A stretch of DNA of 56,646 bases, the filler included, from Platydemus manokwari (lineage: Eukaryota): assembly GCA_037951405.1 (NCBI GenBank). It is 5 parts of 5 records of this genome, joined end to end, with 100 filler letters (N's around TTAATTAATTAA, not from the genome) between each part and the next. Parts side by side here need not be neighbours in the genome. Positions count along the whole stretch, not along the records: positions 19,919 to 30,090 come from JBBMOY011161547.1; positions 30,191 to 40,426 come from JBBMOY011155215.1; 3 more parts are not named here. One strand, written 5' to 3'. The translations under genes were made by a program, and so were the position numbers. The notes under the pieces are model-generated. The model saw only the letters and a list, made by a program, of their open reading frames with translations. It did not search any database and was not told the origin of the DNA. Positions 24,121 through 37,137 of this stretch are shown one piece after another; position 1 is the stretch's first letter, and every line of letters begins with the position of its first letter.

Positions 24121-27109
24121 ATGGCTTACTACAAATCGACGAAAGACGTTTATGAAAAATTCAATTTGATCGCGGATCCCAGAACCGAAACATGGTTTTT
24201 AGTCAAAGATTGGTGGCCTTCAATATGCATATCAATGAGTTACTTGATCTTTGTCAAGTTATTTTCCCGTTGGATGAAAGATCGACCGGTATTTAATACA
24301 CCGAAACTTTTGATCGCTTACAACATTTCAATGGTTCTCCTATCAACATATATTACTGCAACGTTTCTGTTTTATGGTTTGAAAACCGGTTTGAATTTTT
24401 CATGTTGGCCAGTAAGCAAAAAAATCAATAGCTACACAATGGGTCTAGCAAATGCGTTTTGGTGGTTTTATTTCAGTAAGATCATTGAATTGTTGGACAC
24501 AATGTTCTTCATTACGAGAAAGAAATACAATTTAATCACGGCTCTACATTTGTATCACCACGCTGTAATGCCCGCTCTTACTTGGCTGGGTATCAAATTT
24601 GCACCGGGTGAGTTTTTTGATCTTTGTAAATAAATTTTTTATTCGGATATCATTATATAATTCTTAGACAATATCTTTATTTGTTTCCCATAATGATTCC
24701 TATCTTACATACTCTGATAAATCTTAATTTTATAAATTTATGGAATATTTTCTCGTTACCTAGGAAACAAAAATCTTTGATAAGTATAATATTTGATAAT
24801 TAACAGTTCAAATTGACTCGGACAAGTTATTTCAAATTTTCGTATTAACCAATTCCACTGCCCTGGTAGCAGCGCATCAACACAAAGAAGTGAGTCATCT
24901 TCAAAATGTCGATTACGATTGGTCGAAAAATCGCTCATGCAGTCAAGATGAACTTTTTTAGTCTTGTTTCGACAAAATGCAATTTACCCCCATTTTCTGA
25001 CGATTTTAAGATTGATTTTTTGAAAAAACTAAGAAATGTAAATTTAAATAACAAAACAAAAGACAATTGATGATTATCAGGAATTTCTATTCCAAAATTT
25101 AATAGTCTCTCCATAAGGTTCAAAAGTTCATTCAAACCATATTTGAAAAATTACGATCGACCGATTTCGATTAATTCACAAATTGTTTCCGCATTATCAT
25201 CGAATAATATTCATAAACACTCACCAATACCAATTAGTGTGTTGTGGTGAACGTTTTAAATGAAAATATCAAAATTTGTAAACTTTTGGTAACCACGGTG
25301 ATTGTTACTCTCACGACAAATTTTACCACCAATCAATTGAGTACCAGTTTTATAGAATTAATGAAAAGAAAAAAATCTTATGTAAAAATGCACTTATTTG
25401 ACCAGTTTTCATCGATCAATACATTGATTCCAACATAATGAAATGTTGCTCAGTTACATAGACATTGAACTACTAATTACCATTTCTTAGAAACCGAAAA
25501 ATTCCGATATTGATATTGACTCATATTATGCTATACCATTGTGCCAGAAAAACTATAGATATACACACACATAATAGCGCACATGGATACATATGCAGAA
25601 ATATGAGTCATATTCGTATCGAGATGACATTTACATCGCGGTTATCATTCAAAAATTTCTGAAAACAAAATAATTTGAAATCAAACAACTGTGAAGATCA
25701 AAATAAAATCATTGAATCTCTAATTATTATAATATTATTATTATTAATATTATTATTTATTATTATTAATATTATTATTGTTATTATAAATATTATTTAT
25801 TATTAGTATTGCTATTTATGATTCTTATTATTATTTNNNNNNNNNNNNNNNNNNNNNNNNNNNNNNNNNNNNNNNNNNNNNNNNNNNNNNNNNNNNNNNN
25901 NNNNNNNNNNNNNNNNNNNNNNNNNNNNNNNNNNNNNNNNNNNNNNNNNNNNNNNNNNNNNNNNNNNNNNNNNNNNAAAGTACTATGTTAAATCCTTAAC
26001 TGATTAATTCACATAAAAATCGTCACACAATAATATATCAATTTATTGTTAACAGTCATCCATTATTGATAAATATTTCGCTGTAATTCATTCGGATCAA
26101 TTAGTACGATTAATGTTGCATTCAATGACTTCATCAATTATCGATTGACAGTACAAAAGACGATTTATTGAACTCCATAAAACGATATATTTGTGATTGT
26201 CATTGTCAATGTCTAAAAGGTCTCTTAAATCAATATGATAATGATTCTGGGTTTGTGATGATTCGATAAATAATTACAGTATTTCCATGACCAATTGCCA
26301 ACTAATGTCGTTGGTTTCTTGATTTATTATGTGTTCATTATGTGTAAAAGTAAATAAATCGATAATAACCAATCAATACTTTATTTTTTAAGAGATTAAT
26401 TTCATAATCTCTAATATCATACAATGTTTGGATATAACCATAATGTCTTAGAGAATAAAATATAATTTTTCTCCTCATTTATAACATCTCACGGAAATAT
26501 GATGGCACTGTTTCGGTATTCCTGTAGGATTTGAATGAAAAATAATCCGATATATTTAAGTGTTGATATTTTCAATCTCACGAGTAAATGTGCCACTGTG
26601 AGATGGTTAAAATGTGGTGAATGATTCTTCCAATCACTGATATTTATTGATATATTATGAATTCATAGTTCGATTCTGGTTTGATGAGTTTGAAAAATAC
26701 TTGACAGCATTGATAATATCCAAAAATTCATTAATAACTGTAATACCCGTATTACATAACCGGTGTTGCATAATAAGATTGATTAATCCATAATATAGGG
26801 GGCTTTGGCACAATCACTTTCATGCTGAATTCATTCGTTCATATATTCATGTACACCTACTATGGACTCGCAGCTGCTGGTCCAAAGTTCAGGAAATATC
26901 TCTTCTGGAAACAATACATGACCATGCTTCAAATATCACAATTCGTTTTCAATATTATTCATTGTGTTTATTTCCTACGAATTGATTGTCCATATCCGAA
27001 GATATTGGTCGGTGCTGTTCTGTCGAATTGCGTCATATTTTTTATTCTATTCTCACATTTCTATCACACCTCATACAATGCCCAGCCAATCTATGACAAG
27101 AAAGAATAA
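24121..27109 (+). CDS. ELOVL: Very-long-chain fatty acid elongase (ELO family); exons 24121-24607 and 26799-27109
   Basis: ADPRTETW, KIIELLDTMFFITRKK, LHLYHH histidine box, NSFVHIFMYTYYGL, WKQYMTMLQ and LFSHFY. A phase-1 GT-AG intron restores APGG. The paralog cannot be assigned. Confidence 0.95.
25837..25976. other. Assembly gap adjacent to (ATT)n tract
   Basis: Run of N within the ELOVL intron. Confidence 0.95.
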
Positions 27110-28979
27110 ACCAAATCGATCCGATCAGTAACAATTTTGTTTTTTTATGAAATTTGGTTGAATGACTTGGCAAAAGGGTTGTGGATAAATTTTATTGATT
27201 AATGTGGTAAATTTGTATTAATTGTTTCAATATAAATTTAAACTTGGCTTCGTTATTGATTTTTTGTGTTCATTTTATTGTAATATAAATTGATTTTCAA
27301 TTGATTTTGAATGGATTGCTTAAAAATCAGTATTTTAATTAATTTTTGAGAATTTTAAAATCAATAAATATATCAATGTCCAATTTCATTAATTCGAAAA
27401 TTTTAATTAAATATACTTTTGTGGGTTGAAATGCTTAGATTTATTTAATGAAAGAAACTAAATAAATATTCTAATTAAATTTTTTCAGATGAATTTCTTC
27501 ATTTGTTTAATTGTTTCTTATTTCGGTAACGGTGAATAATAATTGCTATGTTTATTAAAAAGTAAATTATTGTTATTATATATTGGAAATGAGTTTATTA
27601 GACAGTAATTAGCTATTATTGTTATTAGATATGTTGTTGAATGAAATGAGATTGAAAATATTTGTTATAATTCGAATCTCGAAGATGATGCTCTGCATAC
27701 AATTATCGTTAAATAAAAAATGAATTTGTTATTTAATGATTCATGTTGCTACGGGAACGAATCAAGATAGATCAAATTTAATGAATCGGTTTAAGTTAAG
27801 AAAAAGGCTCCTTTGACCTACTTTCGTTATAATGATTTTTCGCGCATAAAATAATTTTTGTTTTAACTTAATTTTATATATAACCGCTATGTTTGATTTA
27901 TTCGTATAATTCAGTTAATATCTCATTTTTAAGATGTCTAATAATGACAAAACAGTTTTAAAACCAAGTTCCCATTCTAATCAAAACACTTCTATATGAT
28001 TATTTGAGTTTTTAAATTTAAATTTTTATAATTATAAATCGAGTTAGACATGTTTAATAATATCATTGGTTATTTTTATAAAAATAATTGTAAAAATATA
28101 AAACAACATTCACCTTTCCAATCGACGAATCTCCCTTACAAACAGAATGAATACACATGGCGAAATAATGTATTTTGAATGAAATAATACATTGTAAATC
28201 TTTGTAATATCTGTGAGTGCATACTAATGATGAAGTAAGCTTGAGATTATTTCTGTAAAAGTTAATTTTTATGAACTGGTGAATGGATAATTTGAACTTG
28301 TAAAGCCAATACAAACTCTGATAAATCGAATACGAGCATATCATCCCAAAATGATAAATTAAAATCCTACATAACAAACCAATGTTAATCGACAATATAT
28401 CAAGCAAAATCTCTGTTCAAGTAATGGACTAAATATTAATAAACTATTGATCGCAAACCAGATTAAAATTTGTGTGAAAAGGAACTTAGATTAAAATAGA
28501 TTTGAGCTCCAAATAGATTTGTTAACCCAGATATTTTTAATTTTTTTCAATTCTAGGTTCGATTATTGTTTAATCTCTCGTTTTGGGTTTTATTGATTTA
28601 CAAATGTAAGGCATTTGTGACTTGATAACACAATATGATTTCAAGTGACTAAGACAAGTAAATTAAACAGTAATTACTTAATAATTATATAAAGTAACTA
28701 AATGTGATATCGAATAGTTTCCTGATATGCATAAGTCTTCGGACGACTTTTTATTCAAACCGTAAGTTTTCATTGAGTCCAAAATTATTATCCCCTGGTT
28801 TTCAATGTAATCCGCTATTTGTTTTTGTCAATATTTCAAACATATTAAAATCGTTATCGGGATTATGTTTTGAGATGTATTTAGTTCCAAGCAGCATCCA
28901 TGTATCGATAATTATTATCAGATAATTTATTAAATAAATGTGAATGATTGGGAAAAAATTATTATCAATCTAAAAATAG

Positions 28980-29052
28980 ATAATAATAATTGTAATAATA
29001 ATAATGATATATAATAATAATAATAACAATAATAATAATAATAATAATAATT
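28980..29052. repeat. (AAT)n microsatellite
   Basis: Near-perfect aataataat run. Confidence 0.9.
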
Positions 29053-29264
29053 TTAAGGGAGATGCGTAAATGAGATGAGTGATTGCGCAACTATCAGTTG
29101 CTACTAACCATTTAACCTCCCATGATTTGATTACATCATCAGAAATGTGATGATATATAACATTCTAATTGTTCTAAATAAATAGTTCCATTATTAAAAA
29201 GTCTTATGATTAACACGATTAATAATAATAATAATAATAACACTATTAATAATAATAATATTAA

Positions 29265-30090
29265 TGTCGGGTCTAACGAGAGTAGAGCGCAACAAATCCT
29301 CGTTAATTACCTGACTCCAAAATCAAAACAAAGTTGCACACTAAGTTATATTTATAAAACAGTATATACAACTTTCAATTGAGAAAACAAGGGTATAGCC
29401 CTTGATAAAGTTCTGTCTAGTTTATTCAAATACGGAACTGGTCCGCTTCACCAAACTGAATTACTGACAGAGAAACTACTCCTAGCCGTTACTACGATTA
29501 CCGCGTGCGTAAACGCGTTACGGACGCTAAACACAATTACTTTGTACAAATACCGATATTCGGGAAGCACTGTCCACGAATATCACACAATAGATTCTAC
29601 TTTCACCTACTATTACCAATATTCGGGAACACTGTCCACGAATATTCTATAAATACAATATACGAACAAAGATATTTATCTGTTCTGATTGGCCGCGCCT
29701 TTGCGACTTGATTCAATTATTCCTGAAATTATACTTGCCATGATTATATTCTGGTTGTTCACAGATTCTTCTTAATGAACAGTTCTGCATTCTTTTTTCT
29801 GATAACGCTTGCTTATGTGCTCTAATTCAAATCTGTTGACTGCTTTCTGACTAAGTCCTGGTTCTTGCTAAAAATTCTGGTTTGTCTGAAATTATGGCAA
29901 TCGTCCACTGATAGCCATCACTTTTATAGTTGTATTTTGTTAACAGCAATTGCAGCAAAATTTCCTGCGTAGTAAACTCCTACATTTAGATTAATATAAC
30001 CCTATATTAATCGATAATTTCCTTTCTGAGAAATTGGCTTCTATTAATTGTTTTTATACAGTAAAACAAATCATAATTTTCTAATAATAA
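29265..30090 (-). mobile_element. LTR-like repeat, copy 2 (inverted relative to copy 1; runs into gap)
   Basis: Starts TGTCGGGTCTA directly after an (AAT)n tract and shares blocks such as CCTGACTCCAAA.TCAAAACAAAGTTGCACACTAAGTT with copy 1. Confidence 0.65.
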
Positions 30091-30754
30091 NNNNNNNNNN
30101 NNNNNNNNNNNNNNNNNNNNNNNNNNNNNNNNNNTTAATTAATTAANNNNNNNNNNNNNNNNNNNNNNNNNNNNNNNNNNNNNNNNNNNNTTTTATGTAA
30201 TTTAATGACAGAATTCTGATAAATAAATTATAAATAATATTTTTTGGATATCCAGATATTAAAATTTGATGTTTTATCAATATATTTTATTATTTATATG
30301 AGAATATGATTTGTTATTCAATTAATCCAAAATAATAAATCAAAATTAATTAAGTTCTCCTTATTTATTTCCATTAAAGATCAAAATGGACTAACATTAG
30401 ATAATGCCTTATTTTTGATAAGTTAAATCATTGAATATCTGATTTATTCAATTGTTTTTAATAATTTATTATACTTATTAAATATTGAAATAAGCTGAAG
30501 AAATCAAGTGTAAATCAAGCTTAACATTATTAACTCTTATTAACATTGTGCTGTATATGGACACATATATGTATGAATTCAATGAATTCAATCCAATTTA
30601 TAAACGCTCGTGTATTATTTATGGCTCTAAAATGTTTAGAATTTTGTTCATTAAATTGGTAGTTGTAAAATTATTAGATTTAATATTCAACAAAAACAAT
30701 GTGATATAAATTATATTTTGATTATTTTTATCAATAACTTATCAACATTTTCAG

Positions 30755-33700
30755 GCCTATAGGTGTCGAAAATGGATCCAAGTGAATACAGATGAACTTA
30801 TAGCTGGTGACATTGTTTCTTTATCAAGATTGAGATCAGATAATTTGATTCCTTGTGATATGTTGTTATTAAGAGGTTCATGTATTGTCGATGAATCAAT
30901 GTTAACTGGTGAATCGGTACCTGTTATGAAGGTTATTCATTGAAAAATATTCTTTACTGATATAAATGGAATGGATTTCAGGAATCCATTGAAGAGGTTG
31001 ATGAAAATTTAACCTTGAATATGGATGAAGAAAGCAAATTACATGTTCTATCTGGTGGTACAAAAATCGTTCAACATACCCCTCCAACAAAAGCTAATAA
31101 TAAATTGAAAGGTATGCTGGTATTTCTTGATAAATCTTTATTCATTAATTGTAATGATTTGGTTATCTCTAATATTGTCTCATTTATGAATATATATGAT
31201 AATTTATTAATGTATTTCTAAAAGGGAATCAAATGTTCTGCAAATTGTCATATTCCATATCAGATATTATTCATTGATTTTATAAAATATGCACTCATAT
31301 CTAATGGTGATTTATATCTTCCCCCCCTCTTATCTTTTATAAAATAAGAAACTTGTTGTATAATATTTTTATATAAAAGAAATAGATATCTTCATATCAT
31401 ATGAAATCTATTTGATCATATTATTATTATTATTAATATTATTATTATTATTATTATTATTATCTGATGATTAAATTTGATAAAACCATTTGAACTGATC
31501 TTATTATGAATTGATCGATGGAGAAATATCGAAATTGATAATAATCTATCAGTATTGTGTCTCTCTTACAGCCTCATTGTTCTCAACATATTTTCATCCA
31601 TTGAAGATTTAATAAAATTTCAAGTGTTTTTCATTTGGATTTGATTGAATTGAGTTGTTTTTTGTGTTGAAATAACTCGGTACAAATAATTTGTTTTTTT
31701 TTAATGTTTTATTTGAATTTTTATTTCTTTTTTATTTGATATTGGATATTTGTTAGGAAAAATGATATGATAATTTAATATTTTAGCTCCAGACAATGGT
31801 TGCATTGCTTATGTTCTCAGAACAGGTTTTAATTCATCACAAGGAAGACTTTTGAAAACCATTTTATACAGTGTCAAACGTGTTACTGCCAATAATGTGG
31901 AAACATTTATGTTTATATTGTTTCTTTTGATTTTTGCAATCATAGCAGCTTCATATGTTTGGATCAAAGGTAATCAAATTGATTTACAAACAATCCAATT
32001 GATTTTATATAAGATAATATCTTGATAATGTCGAACTTTATTTGTATCATATAAATGATTTTATATTTTCAAGAGAATGTTCTCAAATAATTTGTATGAA
32101 ACTGGCATATATCGAGATTTGAGAGAGATATAAAATTTGTGATTTTAATCAATAATGATTATAAATATTTGATAGACATATAAATACATATCAAATCAGT
32201 GATTATAAATTGCTTTTATATAAAATTATTTCCATATCGAGATCAGTTGAATAATAAGTTTGTTATAAAATTTGTATCTCATTTATCATTCGAAGATATC
32301 ATTAAAAATTGGAATAAAACCGATATTTTTATATTTATATATAAAAGAGATATCAATTTGAGAAAATGAAAATAACAAGTTGTTAGTATATCAATTATTA
32401 GTTCGAATAAATATTAGCTTGTAGACTAAAATAAGATAAATTTTAATTGGGATTTTAAAGGCATTATGTTAGTCAAATTATAAAAAGATTGATAAAGTTT
32501 GTTTTATATTTCATCAATAAATTCGGTGTAGATTGATGATAATGCTCAATTACGATATATTGATTGGAATTCGTTTATATATTTTTATGGTTGACAGTCT
32601 CCAATAGATGGTAATTAAAATTAAGGTCTAGTTTTATCTTGTGCTATGTTGAGAGAAAATTAGTGAAAATAATATGAGTTGTCTAAATATTTTATGGAAT
32701 CTAATGCTGTGTTTGTCAATCTTTTAATGGATAAAGAAATCTTTATAAACACCACTTATCTTATTTTTTAAAATTACATATGAGTAATATTCGTAAATAC
32801 TTTGCAAAATAAATGACAATGTCCTTCCTAGCTTGAGTTTAGTTATCTATTTCTATGGAGGTAATTTTAAGAAATCGATAATGCTTTTTTGAATGAAAAT
32901 CGAAAAGAATATTATCGTACAAAACCTGTTGATAATCTATGTTTTGTTTAACTAGAGCCCATTTGAGCACAAGGGCTCGTAGTTCTCTTAGTTTACCATC
33001 ACTAAAAATCACTGATATAAAGCATTTTATTAAAATTTTTAAACAGTGACTTAAATATTTACATATTTTAATATAATATTACAAAGATTAGGTAAAATAT
33101 TGTCGATTTTATTTCGAATTCAGCATTTTTTTGGATTTAAGTCTTTATCAAGAGAATCATAGATTAATATGCTTACTGATAACCCGATTTTCTTTCATAA
33201 TGAAACATTAATTTCAAATGATTGGAAATGAAATTATAAAATTATAATTTATTAATATTTTCTTAAGGAACACAAGATCCGAAGCGAAATAAATATAAAC
33301 TCTTCTTGGAATGTACACTGATTTTGACTTCGGTTGTCCCTCCGGAATTGCCAATTGAATTATCGTTGGCAGTTAATTCATCTCTGTTGGCATTGACAAA
33401 GCTTTGTAAGTTTTAAATGAATTTCAAAAAAATTTATGATCAACAATATAAAATGTAAATAATGCTCAGAATTTGCTACATAAATATTGGGAAAAATTAA
33501 TATATTGATTTTTATATTTAGTGGTATTTTGTACGGAACCGTTTAGAATTCCATTTGCTGGTAAAATTGACATTTGTTGTTTTGACAAAACTGGTACTTT
33601 AACAAAGGATGAGATGGTAGTTGATGGAGTAGCAGGATTGAGGTATGTATATCATATCATATAAATATTTGAACTCGATTGTTTATAATCAATTTGATTA

Positions 33701-36700
33701 AAGAAATTTTGTAATAACAAATATTGATGTTTTCGTATTTTATGTTGTTTGAAATACTTTTTGACACTGATATATTTAGTCCAGATAGAAATTCATCTAT
33801 AAATAATCTACTGTCAGTTAATGAATGTCCAATTAAAACGGTCCAGGTTTTGTCGACATGTCATTCACTCGTTCAAATGGATCATGACGTTATTGGAGAT
33901 CCTCTTGAAAAAGCTATTCTAGACTCAGTTAATTGGACTTTATCCAAGGGAGATGTGGTTTTTCCTAGTTCCGCTTATAAAACACATCCATTGAAAATCT
34001 ATTATCGATTCCATTTTAGCAGTTCTTTACAAAGAATGTCAGTTATAGCTGGTCATTCGAATTTGGGATCAATTGATATCAATTATATTGCTACTGTCAA
34101 AGGATCACCCGAAATAATGAAAGATATGTATATAGATGCGCCCAAAGATTATGATCAAATATATCTCGATTTGTCTCGACGTGGCGCTCGAGTTCTTGCT
34201 TTGGGCCAGAAGGATTTTGGAATATTGTCTCATCAAGCTGTATGAAATTATGAAACTTTTCCATTGATAATTGTTCTATTAGGTACGTGATTTGAAAAGA
34301 AATGATGTTGAAAAGGACTTGAATTTCTGTGGGTTCGTTATAATTTCTTGTCCTTTGAAGAAAGATACTAAGCATGTTATCAAAGAAATTTTACAATCAA
34401 GTCATCATGTAACAATGATCACGGGTGACAACCCTCTGACAGCTTGTCATATAAGTAGAGAATTAAAATTCTTACGTAAAGATCATACTCTAGTGTTAAC
34501 CAAACCAAATAGTTTTAGTATGTATATTAGTATAATTTAATAAATAATATATAATCATCACAAATATATAGGTGATGATTGGCATTGGCAGTCAATTGAT
34601 AATACCATTATAATGAATTGGAAACTGATGAAGCCTATGAAGGAATTAACTGCTAAATTTGATTTTTGTTTAACTGGAGAGGGAATTCGGTTTTTAGAAA
34701 GAAATGATTTAGTTTTTCTTCGAAAAATGCTTCCGATTGTTAGAGTTTATGCACGCGTTGCTCCAAAACAAAAGGAACAAATAGTTGTTGGACTTAAAGA
34801 ATTGGGATATGTGACTTTAATGTGTGGTGATGGAACAAATGATGTTGGCGCCTTAAAACAGGCTCATGTGGGTATGGTTTCGTTATTTGATTTTGTTGAT
34901 TTTGCTCATTTTAACAGAGATTATTTTGATTCTTATTAACACGTTGACTGCCGTGGGAGTCACCGGTGACCGGCACTCGACTTGCCTACAGCGCCGTGGG
35001 AGTCACCGGTGACCGGCATCGTATAATGAAAAATTCACGTTGGCGCCTTGGGCAAAACATGGGAAATGCTCCTGACAGTCAACGTGTTAACAAAATAAAT
35101 ATGATTTTATATATTGTCGATTCTATCATTGGTTTCAGAGAACATTTTTTAATTTTATATCGTTCGTTATAAATAAGTTTCTATTTCGAATCCAGTACAG
35201 GAAGAGATAAAGGGATGCTTATCAGATATTTATCTGTGAATCATTTTTAATCGCAAATCATTTTATTATTATGATACATTCAATTTTTATTTTATAATTT
35301 TATATAATTTTGTCCTACAAAAATCAAAACTTTTCTTTTGATTAAAGCTGATCGAATTTTTTCGATATTTATTCTTTTTAATTCATTGAAACCATGTCTT
35401 ATAGTTTTTGATTCTACATTATACATGTGCCTTACCAGATAATTATAATATTTGCTGTATAGCATTTTAAAGATACCATTGAAAATTTCTATGTTCAATC
35501 CAATATTATTGAATTGAAGTTTTTATTAAATTAAAATTGATGAACAATTTTAAATATAAACATTTTCGTCCAGGAGTTGCTCTATTAGCTAATGCTCCAG
35601 ATCCAGTCATACAGTCCATTAATGCTTCTGAAAATTTAACTAAAGATGGAGACATTAATGATGAATCAAAATCCAAACGACCAAATAGCCATATCAGTAT
35701 GAGAGCTTCGAAATTGTCTAATCGTATTAAATCACCAACCGCTACAAACCCTGTAAATAAACAAATTGTAAATTCATCAAATACTAATCAAAAATTGAAC
35801 TCTCTTTTGAATGAAATGGAATCTGAAGACAAAGCTCAAATAGTGCGATTAGGTGATGCTAGTATTGCAGCACCATTTACCGTGAAAATGTCATCTATTA
35901 GAGGAGGTAATTATATTTATTTATTTTTATTTATCATTAAATACATTTTACTTAGTGAGTCATATTATCAAACAAGGCCGTTGTACTCTTGTTACCACTT
36001 TGCAAATGTTTAAGATTTTGGCCTTGAATGCACTGATATTGGCTTACAGTCAATCGGTATTATATTTGGACGGTGTTAAATTTTCTGATGCTCAAGCCAC
36101 CATTCAAGCACTTTTATTGGCTGGATGCTTTTTATTTATATCAAGAAGCAAAGTATTATTCACAAATTAATTGTCTCTACTAAAACTGACATTTCTAGCC
36201 TTTAAAAGAACTATCAAAACAAAGGCCTTTAGCAAACATTTTCAACGTCTACACATTATTCACTGTTTTGATGCAGTTCAGTGTGCATTTTTATTCTTTA
36301 TATGTATTATCCAATGCTGCCCACCAATACATGCCAATCAAGTAGAAATTTTATTTGCATTTTAACAAATCAAATACTATAAAATTTAGAATTTTTTAGT
36401 GTTAAATTATTTATTTTTAAACATTTGATTTTATTTTGGGATTGTTTTATTGAAACAATTTTCACTTATAAATTACAAATTTATTTAAATATATACTAAA
36501 ATAATGTTTATAATGATAAAAATGAGTTATTATTGTTCAAGAAAAAAACAATTTCTACAATAAACGTAATAATTCAATCAATCCTGTTCTAATTATAGAC
36601 CAAATGATTCTATTGCATCAAATTCTACAATTAGAAATCTGACTGCAACTTCCTCATTAAATTCTACCAACTCAAGCAATATTACAAGCACTGATGTCGA

Positions 36701-37137
36701 AAATGAATTCGAACCTAATATCTTGAATACTGTAGTTTATATTATTTCTATCGCCATGCAGGTATGTTTTAGTATTAAATGAATAGTTTTTATCGGAATT
36801 TAGACAACTACATTCGCTGTCAATTATAAGGGCTACCCATTTATGGAGTCTTTGAAAGACAACCGGCCTCTATTGGTTAGTCTGGGGATATCGATCTTCG
36901 GCATTTTTCTGTTAGCTTCTGGGTGTGTTCCCGAAGCTGCTGAACAATTCAAGATTGTTTCCTTGCCACCAGAGGTTATTAATAATTTTTATAATTAATT
37001 AAAAATTATTTATCCATATTTTTTAGCTTCGAGTTATTGTACAAAAAATTCTTATTTTGGATTTTTTTGCATCGCTTTTTATTGATCGAATTCTCAATTT
37101 TATTTTCGGTCGAAGTTATTTAAAGAAAACATCTTGA
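30755..37137 (+). CDS. ATP13A1: P5A-type ATPase (ER transmembrane-helix dislocase, ATP13A1/Spf1), 5' partial; exons approx. 30755-30931, 30982-31111, 31787-31969, 33268-33406, 33522-33642, 33780-34239, 34283-34518, 34572-34871, 35574-35907, 35956-36152, 36199-36341, 36599-36761, 36803-36974, 37027-37137
   Basis: ESMLTGES, the P5A signature PPELPIEL, phosphorylation motif [48 protein letters not shown] and [19 protein letters not shown]. Ends in KKTS-stop (KKXX). Confidence 0.96.
34940..35086. mobile_element. 147-bp piggyBac-type MITE in ATP13A1 intron
   Basis: TTAA target duplication at 34936-34939 and 35087-35090, perfect 11-bp terminal inverted repeats CACGTTGACTG/CAGTCAACGTG, GC-rich interior. 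Confidence 0.88.

Noticed and set aside
24756-26790. Nested gene in the ELOVL intron
   Set aside because: Only short stop-interrupted frames; no consistent exon chain or recognisable motif.
34966-35172. 68-aa ORF in the ATP13A1 intron
   Set aside because: Chance ORF across the GC-rich MITE.
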